Shown: positions 41,421-50,752 of the stretch, in pieces
How positions within the stretch are numbered: position 1 is the first letter of the stretch
How the letters are laid out: every line of letters starts with the position of its first letter
Source: Gammaproteobacteria bacterium
GTDB lineage: Bacteria; Pseudomonadota; Gammaproteobacteria; UBA4575
Direction of reading: 5' to 3'
NCBI GenBank assembly: GCA_965223115.1
Contig: OZ244982.1
Location: forward strand, 685,628 to 749,627
DNA length: 64,000 bases
Translations under genes and position numbers: made by a program
The notes under the pieces: model-generated
The model's database searches: none
The model's input: the letters and a program-made list of their open reading frames with translations, nothing else
What the model was told of the DNA's origin: nothing

Positions 41421-42096
41421 TTCAAATTTACCTATTTTGAGTTGTAAACAAGTAAGTAAAACAGTTCTCTCTGCAGAAAACTCAATTTCTATTCTCGAAG
41501 AAATTAATCTTGAAGTAAATGAAGGTGAGACAATCGCGATCATTGGTCAATCTGGTTCTGGCAAGACCACTCTGTTAAGTCTTTTTGCAGGTCTTGATAC
41601 TCCGACATCAGGTAGTATCCAATTGTTCCAGAATTCATTAGAAAATCTAGATGAAGATGAACGAGCGGCTCTGCGCAAGCAATACATTGGATTTGTATTT
41701 CAAGCTTTTCATCTTATACCGGGTTTTAGCGCCTTAGAAAACGTGATGCTGCCTTTAGAAATCAATAACGATATAAATGCACAAGAGCATGCAAAATATT
41801 TGTTAGAACGAGTTGGGATGAGTCATCGTCTGAATCATTATCCCAGCACGTTATCTGGTGGCGAGCAACAACGTGTAGCGATTGCCAGGGCATTTTCTAC
41901 TAGGCCTCCATTGTTGTTGGCAGATGAACCTACTGGAAACCTTGATGCTAAAACGGGACAGAAAATTATTGAGCTTTTATTTGAGCTTAATCATGAACGA
42001 GGAACTGCATTGGTTTTAGTTACGCATGATGAAAAGTTGACGAGTAGATGTAATCTATGCTTTAGATTATCACAAGGCAAACTCAATAAACTGTAG
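41392..42096 (+). CDS. ybbA: ABC transporter ATP-binding protein
   Basis: GQSGSGKT, LSGGEQQR, ADEPTGNLD; divergent from and overlapping tesA. Start uncertain (ATG 41392 or ATT 41419). Confidence 0.9.
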   Translation: MKKTVRSINISNLPILSCKQVSKTVLSAENSISILEEINLEVNEGETIAIIGQSGSGKTTLLSLFAGLDTPTSGSIQLFQNSLENLDEDERAALRKQYIGFVFQAFHLIPGFSALENVMLPLEINNDINAQEHAKYLLERVGMSHRLNHYPSTLSGGEQQRVAIARAFSTRPPLLLADEPTGNLDAKTGQKIIELLFELNHERGTALVLVTHDEKLTSRCNLCFRLSQGKLNKL

Positions 42097-42098
42097 CT

Positions 42099-44591
42099 GT
42101 GTTTGTATTTTATATTAAGTTATTAAAACGACAATGGCGTCTAACTGCTATACGTTTGTTTTGTATGGCAATCGCAATAGCGTGTGCTGTTACATTTGGT
42201 ATAACTTTACTGGGTGATCGTTTAGAACAACTCTTTAATAACCAGGCAAAGGAAGTATTAGCTGCGGATCTAGTATTACAATCTACTACAAAGTTATCAG
42301 AAGAGCAGCTAAAGATTATAGATAGTACATCTTTAAAAAAAGCACAAACACTCACTTTTCAAACCATGGCGAATGCTAATGATGAATTTGTGTTAAGTGG
42401 TGTCAAGGCTGTATCAGATATATATCCTCTGCGTGGGCAGTTACAAGTCGCTAGTAAGCTGTTTAGTTCGCCTGTGCCTGTTAGTCATGGGCCATTAAGT
42501 GGTGAGGTATGGGTAGAAGATCGTATTTTAAATGAGCTGCATATAAAAATTGGTCAATCAATAAGTATTGGCGAAAAAAATTTTAAAATTACACGTATAC
42601 TTATTTATGAACCTGATCGGGGTAATAGTTTTTATAGTTTTACCCCTCGTATCATGATGCACTTAGACGATATTGTAGAGACTAAGATAATACAGCCAGG
42701 TAGCCGTGTAAAATATCGATATCTTTTTTCAGGTGACTCTAATGATTTAAGAGATTTAGAGAATATAATTTCACCAACTTTGCAACTTAATCAAGAATTT
42801 ATAACAATTGATCAATCCAACCAGACACTTGCGACAACGCTGGAGCGTGCGTATCGGTTTTTATTTATTACAGCATTAATTGCAGTTTTACTTGGAGCAG
42901 TAGGGACTGCATTAGTAAGTTTTCAGTATTCAAATGAAATGACATACCAATATGCAGTTCTGCGGTGTTTGGGTTTACAAGGAAGACATATGGCTGCTGC
43001 CATAATAATTCCAGTCATTTTATTTTCTGTAATTGCAATAGTGGTGGGGCTTATTTTAGGGGGCTTAGCACATTTTTTGATGTTAAATAGCTTGAAAGAA
43101 CTCATACCAGATGTATTGCCGTTACCTACTATTAAACCATTAATATTAAGTGTACTCACTTCTGTAATCGTAATAACAAGTTTTGCGTGGCCATTTTTAA
43201 ATAAATTGATACATACTTCACCAAAGTTATTGTTGATGCCTATAGGCGCTCAAAAACAACCAATACTATTTTCATCAATAACTATGTTGATAGGTGTTGC
43301 TTTGTTGATATTTTTAAATACGAAAGAACTATTAATAAGTATTTATATACTAATTATTTTATGTTTTTTTATAACACTTACATATCTTATAACGAGGTAT
43401 ATTATAAATAGGTTTGTCAAGCAAGGTAGATTGGCAAATGTAGTAGCTAAATTAACTGCTAGGATGATTTATTCTGATCGAAGGATCGTTAGTCTACAAA
43501 TTATTGCTATTGCAATCACGTTTTTTTCTTTAGCATTAATAACGACAATGAGAGATGATATGCTTGATTCTTGGCAGACAAAAGTACCAGAAAACGCACC
43601 GAATATATTTGCTATTAATCTTTTTGAAAAAGATAAAGATAATTTTATAAATGAACTCTATAAAAAGAATATTTCTCATAGTCCTTTATACCCAATTATT
43701 AGGGGCCGCTTAAGTGCAGTAAATAATCAACCTATACGCGAATATGCCAGTAAAGAAACTGATAGAAGTGATGAATCTCTAAGTCGGGATTTAGCGCTTA
43801 CATGGAATCACGATTTGCCTAAAGATAATAAAATTGTAGAAGGTATATGGCACAAGGCAAACAATACTTCAGAATTCAATGCAGTTTCTGTTGAACAAGG
43901 GTTGGCTAAAAATTTAGAGATAAATTTAGAGGATGTGCTTCAATTTACAATTGAAACACAAAAAATTGAAGCTATAGTCACAAGTATAAGAAGTGTAGAG
44001 TGGGAATCATTTACACCTAACTTTTATATGATTTTTAATCCTGGGTCATTAGATGGATTGCCAACTACGTATATAGCTAGCATGCATTTAAAAAAAGAAC
44101 AAAAGATAATATTGCCAGACTTAATAAAACAATATCCTAATGCAACCTTTTTTGATGTAAATTTCTTGTTAACAAGGATTCGAGGTATAGCGCAGCAAAT
44201 AAGTTATGCAGTAGAAATAATATTGTACTTTTCGTTGTTTGCTAGTTTAGTAATATTTATTTCAATAGAAATGATATTAAGGCATAACCGAAGCTATAGT
44301 ACTGCAATACTCAAAGCACTAGGTGCTAAGGTTAAATTTATTCAAAAAATATTTCGTTTTCAATTTATTACTATTGGTGTGATTGCAGGTGTAATCGCAT
44401 ATGCGTTAAATGTTGTTACTGGCTTTGTTTTATCAAAATATTTAATTGAAGGTGATTATATTTTTAATTTTAAAACATTAGTTTTATGCCTTATCATTAC
44501 TCCGCTTTTAGTTTTAGGCTTGGGCTTTATATCGATTCAGCGTATGAATCAAATACCAGTCAAACATCTGCTTAATCAAAATAAGTTTTAG
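42099..44591 (+). CDS. ybbP: ABC transporter permease (YbbP/FtsX-like)
   Basis: LAADLVL, YPLRG, QPGSRV, PNIFAIN, PNFYMIF; follows ybbA. Confidence 0.9.
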   Translation: MFVFYIKLLKRQWRLTAIRLFCMAIAIACAVTFGITLLGDRLEQLFNNQAKEVLAADLVLQSTTKLSEEQLKIIDSTSLKKAQTLTFQTMANANDEFVLSGVKAVSDIYPLRGQLQVASKLFSSPVPVSHGPLSGEVWVEDRILNELHIKIGQSISIGEKNFKITRILIYEPDRGNSFYSFTPRIMMHLDDIVETKIIQPGSRVKYRYLFSGDSNDLRDLENIISPTLQLNQEFITIDQSNQTLATTLERAYRFLFITALIAVLLGAVGTALVSFQYSNEMTYQYAVLRCLGLQGRHMAAAIIIPVILFSVIAIVVGLILGGLAHFLMLNSLKELIPDVLPLPTIKPLILSVLTSVIVITSFAWPFLNKLIHTSPKLLLMPIGAQKQPILFSSITMLIGVALLIFLNTKELLISIYILIILCFFITLTYLITRYIINRFVKQGRLANVVAKLTARMIYSDRRIVSLQIIAIAITFFSLALITTMRDDMLDSWQTKVPENAPNIFAINLFEKDKDNFINELYKKNISHSPLYPIIRGRLSAVNNQPIREYASKETDRSDESLSRDLALTWNHDLPKDNKIVEGIWHKANNTSEFNAVSVEQGLAKNLEINLEDVLQFTIETQKIEAIVTSIRSVEWESFTPNFYMIFNPGSLDGLPTTYIASMHLKKEQKIILPDLIKQYPNATFFDVNFLLTRIRGIAQQISYAVEIILYFSLFASLVIFISIEMILRHNRSYSTAILKALGAKVKFIQKIFRFQFITIGVIAGVIAYALNVVTGFVLSKYLIEGDYIFNFKTLVLCLIITPLLVLGLGFISIQRMNQIPVKHLLNQNKF

Positions 44592-44677
44592 GTGTAATTA
44601 ACAACTATTTGAGCTTGAAAATTAGCTTTTTAGGCCCAATATTATGATTATTGTTACTAATATTAGGTCTAGTGTGT

Positions 44678-44851
44678 ATGGATATTAATCAATTATTATT
44701 TTTTGAAAAGCACGAAGCTACAAATTTATACTGTACGATAATTAATGACTTGGGACAGGTGTATTACTGTGAAACAGATGAGCAACAACAGCCGAGTGGT
44801 GAATGGAAATTGATTAATTTAGATTTACAAGCAATGAGTGTATTGCACTAA
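44678..44851 (+). CDS. Small hypothetical protein
   Basis: 57 aa from ATG 44678; unrecognised. Confidence 0.4.
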   Translation: MDINQLLFFEKHEATNLYCTIINDLGQVYYCETDEQQQPSGEWKLINLDLQAMSVLH

Positions 44852-44859
44852 GTGTAAAA

Positions 44860-44988
44860 ATGAAAAAAATAACAATAGTCGGTATGATAATTGTGTTGTT
44901 TGTTTTAGCAGTATATTTATTTGAAACAAGCGAAAAAGATTCAAATATAACTGCGAATGAGCCACCGCCTGGTGTGATTGGCAGGTAG
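44860..44988 (+). CDS. Small single-TM or secreted protein (42 aa)
   Basis: MKKITIVGMIIVLFVLAVYLFETSEKDSNITANEPPPGVIGR; below the ORF-track length cutoff. Confidence 0.45.
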   Translation: MKKITIVGMIIVLFVLAVYLFETSEKDSNITANEPPPGVIGR

Positions 44989-45003
44989 TTTCAGCATTGA
45001 ATT

Positions 45004-45369
45004 ATGTATGTCGAAGAACTTTTAAACTTAATAGATCTAGCGCCTGATAAAATAGAATTTAGGCAAGTCATCGATTGTATTGATAGGAACTATGAATATA
45101 GTCCAACTGCATTTAGCAATGGTGATTTAAGTAATTCAGCTGGAGAAAATGAAGGTTCATGTAAAATATTTGCTTTCGCTAAGCTACATGATTTAAGTAA
45201 AGCTCAAACACTTTCCTGCTTTGGGAGCTATTACCGACGTGATGTATTAGAGAATCCAAATGGGTCTAATCACAAAAATATTAGAAACTTTATAGAAACT
45301 GGTTGGCGGGGAATTGAGTTTTCAAAAAAGCCACCCAAGAAAAAAATAATTGCAATAATTAACTTATAA
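45004..45369 (+). CDS. HopJ-family protein
   Basis: F..VI..ID..Y.Y.PTAF.NG...N..GENEGSCKIFAFA...FG.YYR.DVL..P.G.NH.NIRNF...GW.GI.F. Confidence 0.8.
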   Translation: MYVEELLNLIDLAPDKIEFRQVIDCIDRNYEYSPTAFSNGDLSNSAGENEGSCKIFAFAKLHDLSKAQTLSCFGSYYRRDVLENPNGSNHKNIRNFIETGWRGIEFSKKPPKKKIIAIINL

Positions 45370-45472
45370 AAATCAACTTTTAACAGCTGTTTGATATACC
45401 AGAAGTGCTGTGCTGAATTTGAATATTTCATGCTTATCTTTAAATTAGTACCATTCGTCACTAGATAAAAAA

Positions 45473-45488
45473 TGTGACGTAGTTCACA
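45473..45488. promoter_or_regulatory. CRP-type binding site
   Basis: Perfect TGTGA-CGTAGT-TCACA preceded by an A-tract. Confidence 0.7.
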
Positions 45489-45546
45489 GTAGACAATATG
45501 GTGTTATTAAGTAGAGGTTAATAATAAACAATATAGGGAGTTGGAT

Positions 45547-45669
45547 ATGAGTGCCTTCATTATTCTTGCCATTCAGATTGTCACATTAGGTATTGCGTTA
45601 GCTGGTATGTGGTTTTTACTAAGAGACCGAGATTATTTCCATAATTCTGAAATGAGGCGTCACCACTAA
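45547..45669 (+). CDS. Small single-TM protein (40 aa)
   Basis: AGGGAG RBS, MSAFIILAIQIVTLGIALAGMWFLLRDRDYFHNSEMRRHH, followed by a terminator. Confidence 0.6.
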   Translation: MSAFIILAIQIVTLGIALAGMWFLLRDRDYFHNSEMRRHH

Positions 45670-45691
45670 GACGAAAAAGAAAGCCTGATGC

Positions 45692-45724
45692 AAAAAAGCC
45701 CAGTCATTGAACTGGGCTTTTTTT
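45692..45724 (+). terminator. Intrinsic terminator (bidirectional form)
   Basis: AAAAAAGCCCAGT-loop-ACTGGGCTTTTTTT. Confidence 0.85.
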
Positions 45725-45967
45725 ATTTAGGTGCTCTAAAAATTAAAAATGTATGAAATTTAATCTAATAATTAATGTAAGTTCTCTACTATTTAAGTAA
45801 CACACTGAAAATTAGATTTGTACCATATGTTTTTTCGTATTTATTGAATATACATTTTTATTTAAAAATTTAATTTTTTTATAATTTTACTTGCATAAAA
45901 TTATAATTAGCTATATCTATAGCTTCTGTTAGTAATAATTAAAGAATAAAATTTAAGGGGAGAATCA

Positions 45968-46774
45968 ATGAGAAAACTAATAGTTTTAAAAGTCTGCTTA
46001 TGTCTTATATTGATTATACAATTGGCAAATGCAAGTACGTTTGCGAGTGGCCAATTTAATTGTGGAAATTTACCTTCACATTCAGAGCTAACTGATGCGT
46101 TGCGCGCTAGTGTTGCTGCGAGCGGAGGAGAATCTAATGGTGGTCTCGATTTTCATATGTGGGCAACTATTGTTACGCGTGATGGAGTAGTTTGTGTTGT
46201 AACATTTTCTGGAGAAGATCGTGATGATCAATGGCCAGGCAGTCGAGTCATATCTGCACAAAAAGCAAATACTGCAAATTCTTTTAGTTTAGATGGTTTG
46301 GCTTTATCAACTGCTAATCTATTTTCAGCAGTACAACCAGGAGGAAGTTTATTTGGATTGCAATTCAGTAATCCTGTAGATCCTTCAGTCGCATATGGAA
46401 ATGATTTATCGCCAGGCAAAAATGAAGGGATGGCAGCTATACGATATGGGCGTAGAAATGATCCTTTAGTTGGTGATATTCCTGGTGGTGTAAATGTGTT
46501 TGGCGGGGGGCTTGCGCTATATAATGCAAATGGAAAAGTAATCGGCGGCTTAGGAGTTAGTGGTGATACCTCATGTGCAGATCACAATATTGCTTGGCGT
46601 GTTAGAGAAGCTTTAGGATTAGATAATATTCCTGGTGGTGTTGGACCAAATAATACAGATGGTATTGATTTCTTGTCAGATGGTGAAGAACCTAATGGTT
46701 TCCAGCATCCAACTTGTTTAAACGCAGAATCAGAAATTGCTAAAGCAGTAGAAATAGGTTCTGGTGGCGAATAA
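45968..46774 (+). CDS. Exported GlcG/HbpS-like heme-binding protein
   Basis: Signal peptide, ISAQKANTA, FGGGLALY, GGLGVSGD...DH. Confidence 0.75.
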   Translation: MRKLIVLKVCLCLILIIQLANASTFASGQFNCGNLPSHSELTDALRASVAASGGESNGGLDFHMWATIVTRDGVVCVVTFSGEDRDDQWPGSRVISAQKANTANSFSLDGLALSTANLFSAVQPGGSLFGLQFSNPVDPSVAYGNDLSPGKNEGMAAIRYGRRNDPLVGDIPGGVNVFGGGLALYNANGKVIGGLGVSGDTSCADHNIAWRVREALGLDNIPGGVGPNNTDGIDFLSDGEEPNGFQHPTCLNAESEIAKAVEIGSGGE

Positions 46775-46797
46775 AAATACGCAAGCTTAATCAATTT

Positions 46798-46829
46798 AAA
46801 AAAGCCTCGTTTTTTAACGAGGCTTTTTT
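46798..46829 (+). terminator. Intrinsic terminator
   Basis: AAAAAAGCCTCGTT-tttt-AACGAGGCTTTTTT. Confidence 0.85.
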
Positions 46830-46883
46830 GTGCTTGAGGTTTATACTGTAATACCATGATGAATGTGACTACGGAGGATTTCA

Positions 46884-47729
46884 ATGTCGGAACAAGTCAT
46901 CGTGTTAGCTATTCATGGCATGGGCGATACATCACTAGATTTTGCAGATAAATTAGAAGCTAAACTGGCTAGAAGATTAGGCCCTCTATGGTCCAATGTT
47001 TATTTTGACAAAATCTTTTATGCAGATGTGTTTCAAAGTAATCAAGCAAGGCTTTTTAGCCGAATTAAAGCTAATGATGAGATCGATTGGATAGCTCTAA
47101 GAAAATTCATACTCTATGGATTTTCTGATGCAGCTGGGTTTTTGCGCGATGCCGATCAGAAAGGTAGTGCTTATGAACAAGTACAAGACCGAGTTCTGGA
47201 TACATTAGATCGTGCCTATGACATGGTAGGAGGTTCTACAAATATAGTACTTATAGCTCAATCTTTAGGTTGTGAGATCATTTCTAATTTTATATGGGAT
47301 GCGCAAGCAAAATCTCCAAAGCAAGGTGCATGGAGATATGGAGGTTTTGACGATTCGCCTTCGGGTACTGGCCTCGATAAGTTTCGGCGCTTCAAAACAC
47401 TAAAGTATCTATACTTTACAGGTTGCAACATTCCGATTTTTGTCGCTGGAATACCTCAAAATAAAATTAAAGCTATTGCTTCGAAAAGCAAAGGCTATAA
47501 TTTCAAGTGGAAAAACTATTTTGATCCAGATGACCCGTTAGGTTGGCCACTTAAAAATTTGAATGTTAAAAATGAAAAGCAGAGTTATAAGTTTGAAGTA
47601 AATGAAGATAATGCTATTAATACAGGTAGGTTAATTAAAAGTTGGAATCCACTAAGTCATACAACTTATTGGTCTGACAATGATGTGATAGATCCACTGG
47701 CAAATGATATAGAGTCAACCATGCGATGA
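46884..47729 (+). CDS. Alpha/beta-hydrolase-like protein
   Basis: IHGMG oxyanion motif, AQSLG elbow, DPDDPLGWP, SHTTYW. Confidence 0.65.
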   Translation: MSEQVIVLAIHGMGDTSLDFADKLEAKLARRLGPLWSNVYFDKIFYADVFQSNQARLFSRIKANDEIDWIALRKFILYGFSDAAGFLRDADQKGSAYEQVQDRVLDTLDRAYDMVGGSTNIVLIAQSLGCEIISNFIWDAQAKSPKQGAWRYGGFDDSPSGTGLDKFRRFKTLKYLYFTGCNIPIFVAGIPQNKIKAIASKSKGYNFKWKNYFDPDDPLGWPLKNLNVKNEKQSYKFEVNEDNAINTGRLIKSWNPLSHTTYWSDNDVIDPLANDIESTMR

Positions 47730-47741
47730 AAAATGACTAGT

Positions 47742-48929
47742 TTAAAGCCTTTTCCCAAGTAGCTCTGTTGCGATTTGTTCACGGAAATCATAAGGTACTT
47801 TTTGGTTTATCATTAATGCGAATGCATGCCACTCATTTTTATAATTTAAATAACCAGCATAAGTACTAACGTTTTTTAGCGTTCCTGATTTTGCATAAAT
47901 GTGTAGATTTTGGGAAGGCATTAAATGTTTATAGGATTTGAACCGTTCTAATATATCAATTAATTGTTTAGCACTCAGTTGGTTTGCTCTAGATAAACCT
48001 GCACCTTCTAGCAGAGTATATTTAGACCAGTTAAAATTTTTCTTAATATATTCTGAATATACATCTTGTGATTTTTCTACAGTTGCAGGACCGCCATATC
48101 GTTTTGCTCCTAATACTAAGAACAACTGATTTGCAATAAAGTTATTTGAATATTCTAGCATTGAAGCAATGATATTTTCTAAAGGGTGACTGTTCTCATA
48201 TTTTAATAAAAACTCTGAGTCGTCTGGAACAGCGCCGCTCATATAGACAGCATCTGTAGGGATACCTGTTCTATTCAATTTTGATTTAAGTAATTCAGCA
48301 AAATATCGAGTCCCATGCTCAACTTTACCAAGATTTATTCGATGTGTGCCGATTTCTAAGCCACGAGCTAATTGTTCTGCAAGTGGAGTTAATGGTGTCT
48401 GTAATTCACTACTACTTATTGAGTCAGAAAAGATACGCACCTTAATCGTATTAAAGTTGGCGGCTAGAGCACTTAATGAGGCATCGTATGGATTCAGTGA
48501 ATCGCCTTGACCATTTATTTTAATAGTCTTGCTAAAATAGCTATTATCAATACCTATCCCATCTAATTCTGTTATACCTACTTGTTTTAATTTTTTTACA
48601 ACTATGTCTAATTCTTCTGAAATTAAAAAAGGGTCGCCAAAACCTTTTACCCATAGGTGATTAGTATGGGGATTGAAATAATAATCAGTAGTAAAACGAT
48701 ACGCTTTACCCCATTGCTCTAAGGCGATTAATGCGGTGAGTATTTTAACTGTTGAAGCGGGAATAAGGAGTTTGTCAATGTCTTTTGAATATTTAGGTTC
48801 ATTGTTTTTATCTACGACTAACAAAGAAGATGAAGATATCGTTTTTAGTATTTCTAGTGGATTACTAGCCTTTGCTGTAGATAAATGTACAAAACAACAT
48901 ACAATAATTAAACAAAATCTAAACTTCAA
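47742..48929 (-). CDS. dacB: D-Ala-D-Ala carboxypeptidase/endopeptidase (PBP4, S13)
   Basis: PASTVK, GFGDP, YSNN, GAGLSR, AKSGTL. Confidence 0.9.
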   Translation of the reverse strand: MKFRFCLIIVCCFVHLSTAKASNPLEILKTISSSSLLVVDKNNEPKYSKDIDKLLIPASTVKILTALIALEQWGKAYRFTTDYYFNPHTNHLWVKGFGDPFLISEELDIVVKKLKQVGITELDGIGIDNSYFSKTIKINGQGDSLNPYDASLSALAANFNTIKVRIFSDSISSSELQTPLTPLAEQLARGLEIGTHRINLGKVEHGTRYFAELLKSKLNRTGIPTDAVYMSGAVPDDSEFLLKYENSHPLENIIASMLEYSNNFIANQLFLVLGAKRYGGPATVEKSQDVYSEYIKKNFNWSKYTLLEGAGLSRANQLSAKQLIDILERFKSYKHLMPSQNLHIYAKSGTLKNVSTYAGYLNYKNEWHAFALMINQKVPYDFREQIATELLGKRL

Positions 48930-48943
48930 ATGTAATGTCCCAA

Positions 48944-49246
48944 TTAAAGGGCTACTTCAAAGCCTTCAAATTCAGGTTTGCCTAGATAAACTGGTTTTGC
49001 ATCGCCGGCATTGGCATGGGCTTTTCGAAATGCTTCTGATTTTGTCCAATTTTCGAAGGCCTGTTTGGAATCCCAAATAGAATGTGAAGCAAATAAGCTA
49101 TATTCGTTTGAGACAGGCCCTTTTAATAGATGAAACTCTCTAAATCCAGGAACCTCATCCAAAAAAGTTTCACGATTTTTCCATATTTCAAGAAAATCAT
49201 CCTCACAACCAGGGATAATTTTAAAACGATTCATGGCAATGAACAT
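48944..49246 (-). CDS. Antibiotic biosynthesis monooxygenase family (IsdG/HmuQ-like)
   Basis: MFIAMNRF, PGF..F.LL, W.S...F..W..SEAF..AH. Confidence 0.85.
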   Translation of the reverse strand: MFIAMNRFKIIPGCEDDFLEIWKNRETFLDEVPGFREFHLLKGPVSNEYSLFASHSIWDSKQAFENWTKSEAFRKAHANAGDAKPVYLGKPEFEGFEVAL

Positions 49247-49272
49247 CTGATTCTCCTAAAGTATTATTAAAT

Positions 49273-49797
49273 TTAAATAGAAATTTCTGCATCCCAATTG
49301 AATTGATCGTCAGTGAATGCTTTAAAACAAAACCACAAGCTAGACAATATGCCCCAGATTAAGCCAACAACGACACCAGCATCCAGTAAGCCTTTCCATG
49401 GCTGGGGTATTAATCGGAATGAAATAATAAAAATAATAATCATAAATGTTAATGAAAAAGTCGCAATTACACGTTTTTTTGGAGCATGGAAGTAACTCAT
49501 GCAAAATAATGGCGCAAGAATTAATTGCATAGGATTTGTGCTATGCAATAGATACTTACTTCTAGCTGCAAAACGTGGCGAGAATTTTTTTTGAAATCCT
49601 TTATAACCTTCACCGTGCGCCATGAAAATAGAAAAGCCGATAAGTACTGTCCAATGTATCCAATTAAGCGGCATGGAAAAAGATTCAATGGTGTATGCAG
49701 ATAGTCGCCAGCATGCAAATCCAAGTAGCAATACTAAGCCTGCAATAGCCCAAGCAACAGCTAAAAATCCTTTTATAGAGGTTTGCTGAGTTGTCAT
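49273..49797 (-). CDS. Hypothetical membrane protein
   Basis: About four hydrophobic segments; EGYKGFQKKFSPR and PW.G..DAGVV patterns. Confidence 0.7.
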   Translation of the reverse strand: MTTQQTSIKGFLAVAWAIAGLVLLLGFACWRLSAYTIESFSMPLNWIHWTVLIGFSIFMAHGEGYKGFQKKFSPRFAARSKYLLHSTNPMQLILAPLFCMSYFHAPKKRVIATFSLTFMIIIFIISFRLIPQPWKGLLDAGVVVGLIWGILSSLWFCFKAFTDDQFNWDAEISI

Positions 49798-50031
49798 CTT
49801 TTATATTGTGTAATTTGCCAGTTTCAGAGTGGATATGATTTGGTATTGTTTTTACAAATATCTGTGTATTTATAATTTAATGGGTTCATTATGGCTTAGT
49901 CAATCATTTGATAGGTTAATATTTTTATGACAGAACAATTCAGTAATTGTTCAGATATCCATTTCATTTTAAAGTAAATTAGTCACATATTAATTTAGTA
50001 TTATATTATATTTGGATTTAGGGAGGTTGTT

Positions 50032-50628
50032 ATTCCTATTTGGTTAGCAATTTATGCGGCTGTTCTGGTTTGGTCTGGAATTAACCCAAAAGATCAATTT
50101 ACTTGGTTCTTAGAGGTGTCTCCGGCAATAATTGGTTTAATAGTATTAGCTCTAACATATGAATCATTTAGGCTGACTAACCTTGTATATGTCTTAATAC
50201 TAATTCATTGCATCATATTGATGATAGGTGGGCATTATACATATGCACATGTGCCGTTGTTTGATTATTTAAGTGATGTGTTGGGATTTAGCAGAAACAA
50301 CTATGATAAGGTTGGTCATTTTGCGCAGGGATTTGTTCCTGCAATGGTTGCTAGGGAAATCATAATAAGAAAAGAGATAATAAGGGGAGCTGCCTGGCAG
50401 TTCTTTTTTATTGTTTGTTTTTGTTTGAGTGTGAGTGCATTCTATGAATTAATCGAATGGTGGGCGGCATTAATAGCTGGCAAAGAAGCTACAGCATTTT
50501 TGGGAACTCAAGGCTATATCTGGGATACACAGTCAGATATGGGATTTGCACTTGTAGGCGCTATAATAGCACTAGTGACTTTAAGAAAAGTGCATGATAA
50601 GCAACTAATGAAATATAGATGCACATAA
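50032..50628 (+). CDS. DUF2238/YjdF-family membrane protein
   Basis: GGHYTYA.VP, RNNYDKVGHF, YELIEW, FLGTQG..WDTQSDM. N-terminal TM (W....VLVWSGINPKD..TW.LE) lies upstream of GTG 50116; proposed ATT start at 50032. Confidence 0.85.
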   Translation: MPIWLAIYAAVLVWSGINPKDQFTWFLEVSPAIIGLIVLALTYESFRLTNLVYVLILIHCIILMIGGHYTYAHVPLFDYLSDVLGFSRNNYDKVGHFAQGFVPAMVAREIIIRKEIIRGAAWQFFFIVCFCLSVSAFYELIEWWAALIAGKEATAFLGTQGYIWDTQSDMGFALVGAIIALVTLRKVHDKQLMKYRCT

Positions 50629-50752
50629 TCGAGTTAGTTAAATAGTGGTTATTCAAAGAATTCGTTAGTGTTTAACACTGCATAAAGTGGACATTCTGTG
50701 CTAAATGTATTCGTGATAAATTTAACTATAGGGCAGTACTAGCTAAAATTAT

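Noticed and set aside
45004-45369. HopJ as evidence of type III secretion
   Set aside because: The family is widespread in non-pathogens and no T3SS genes are in the window.
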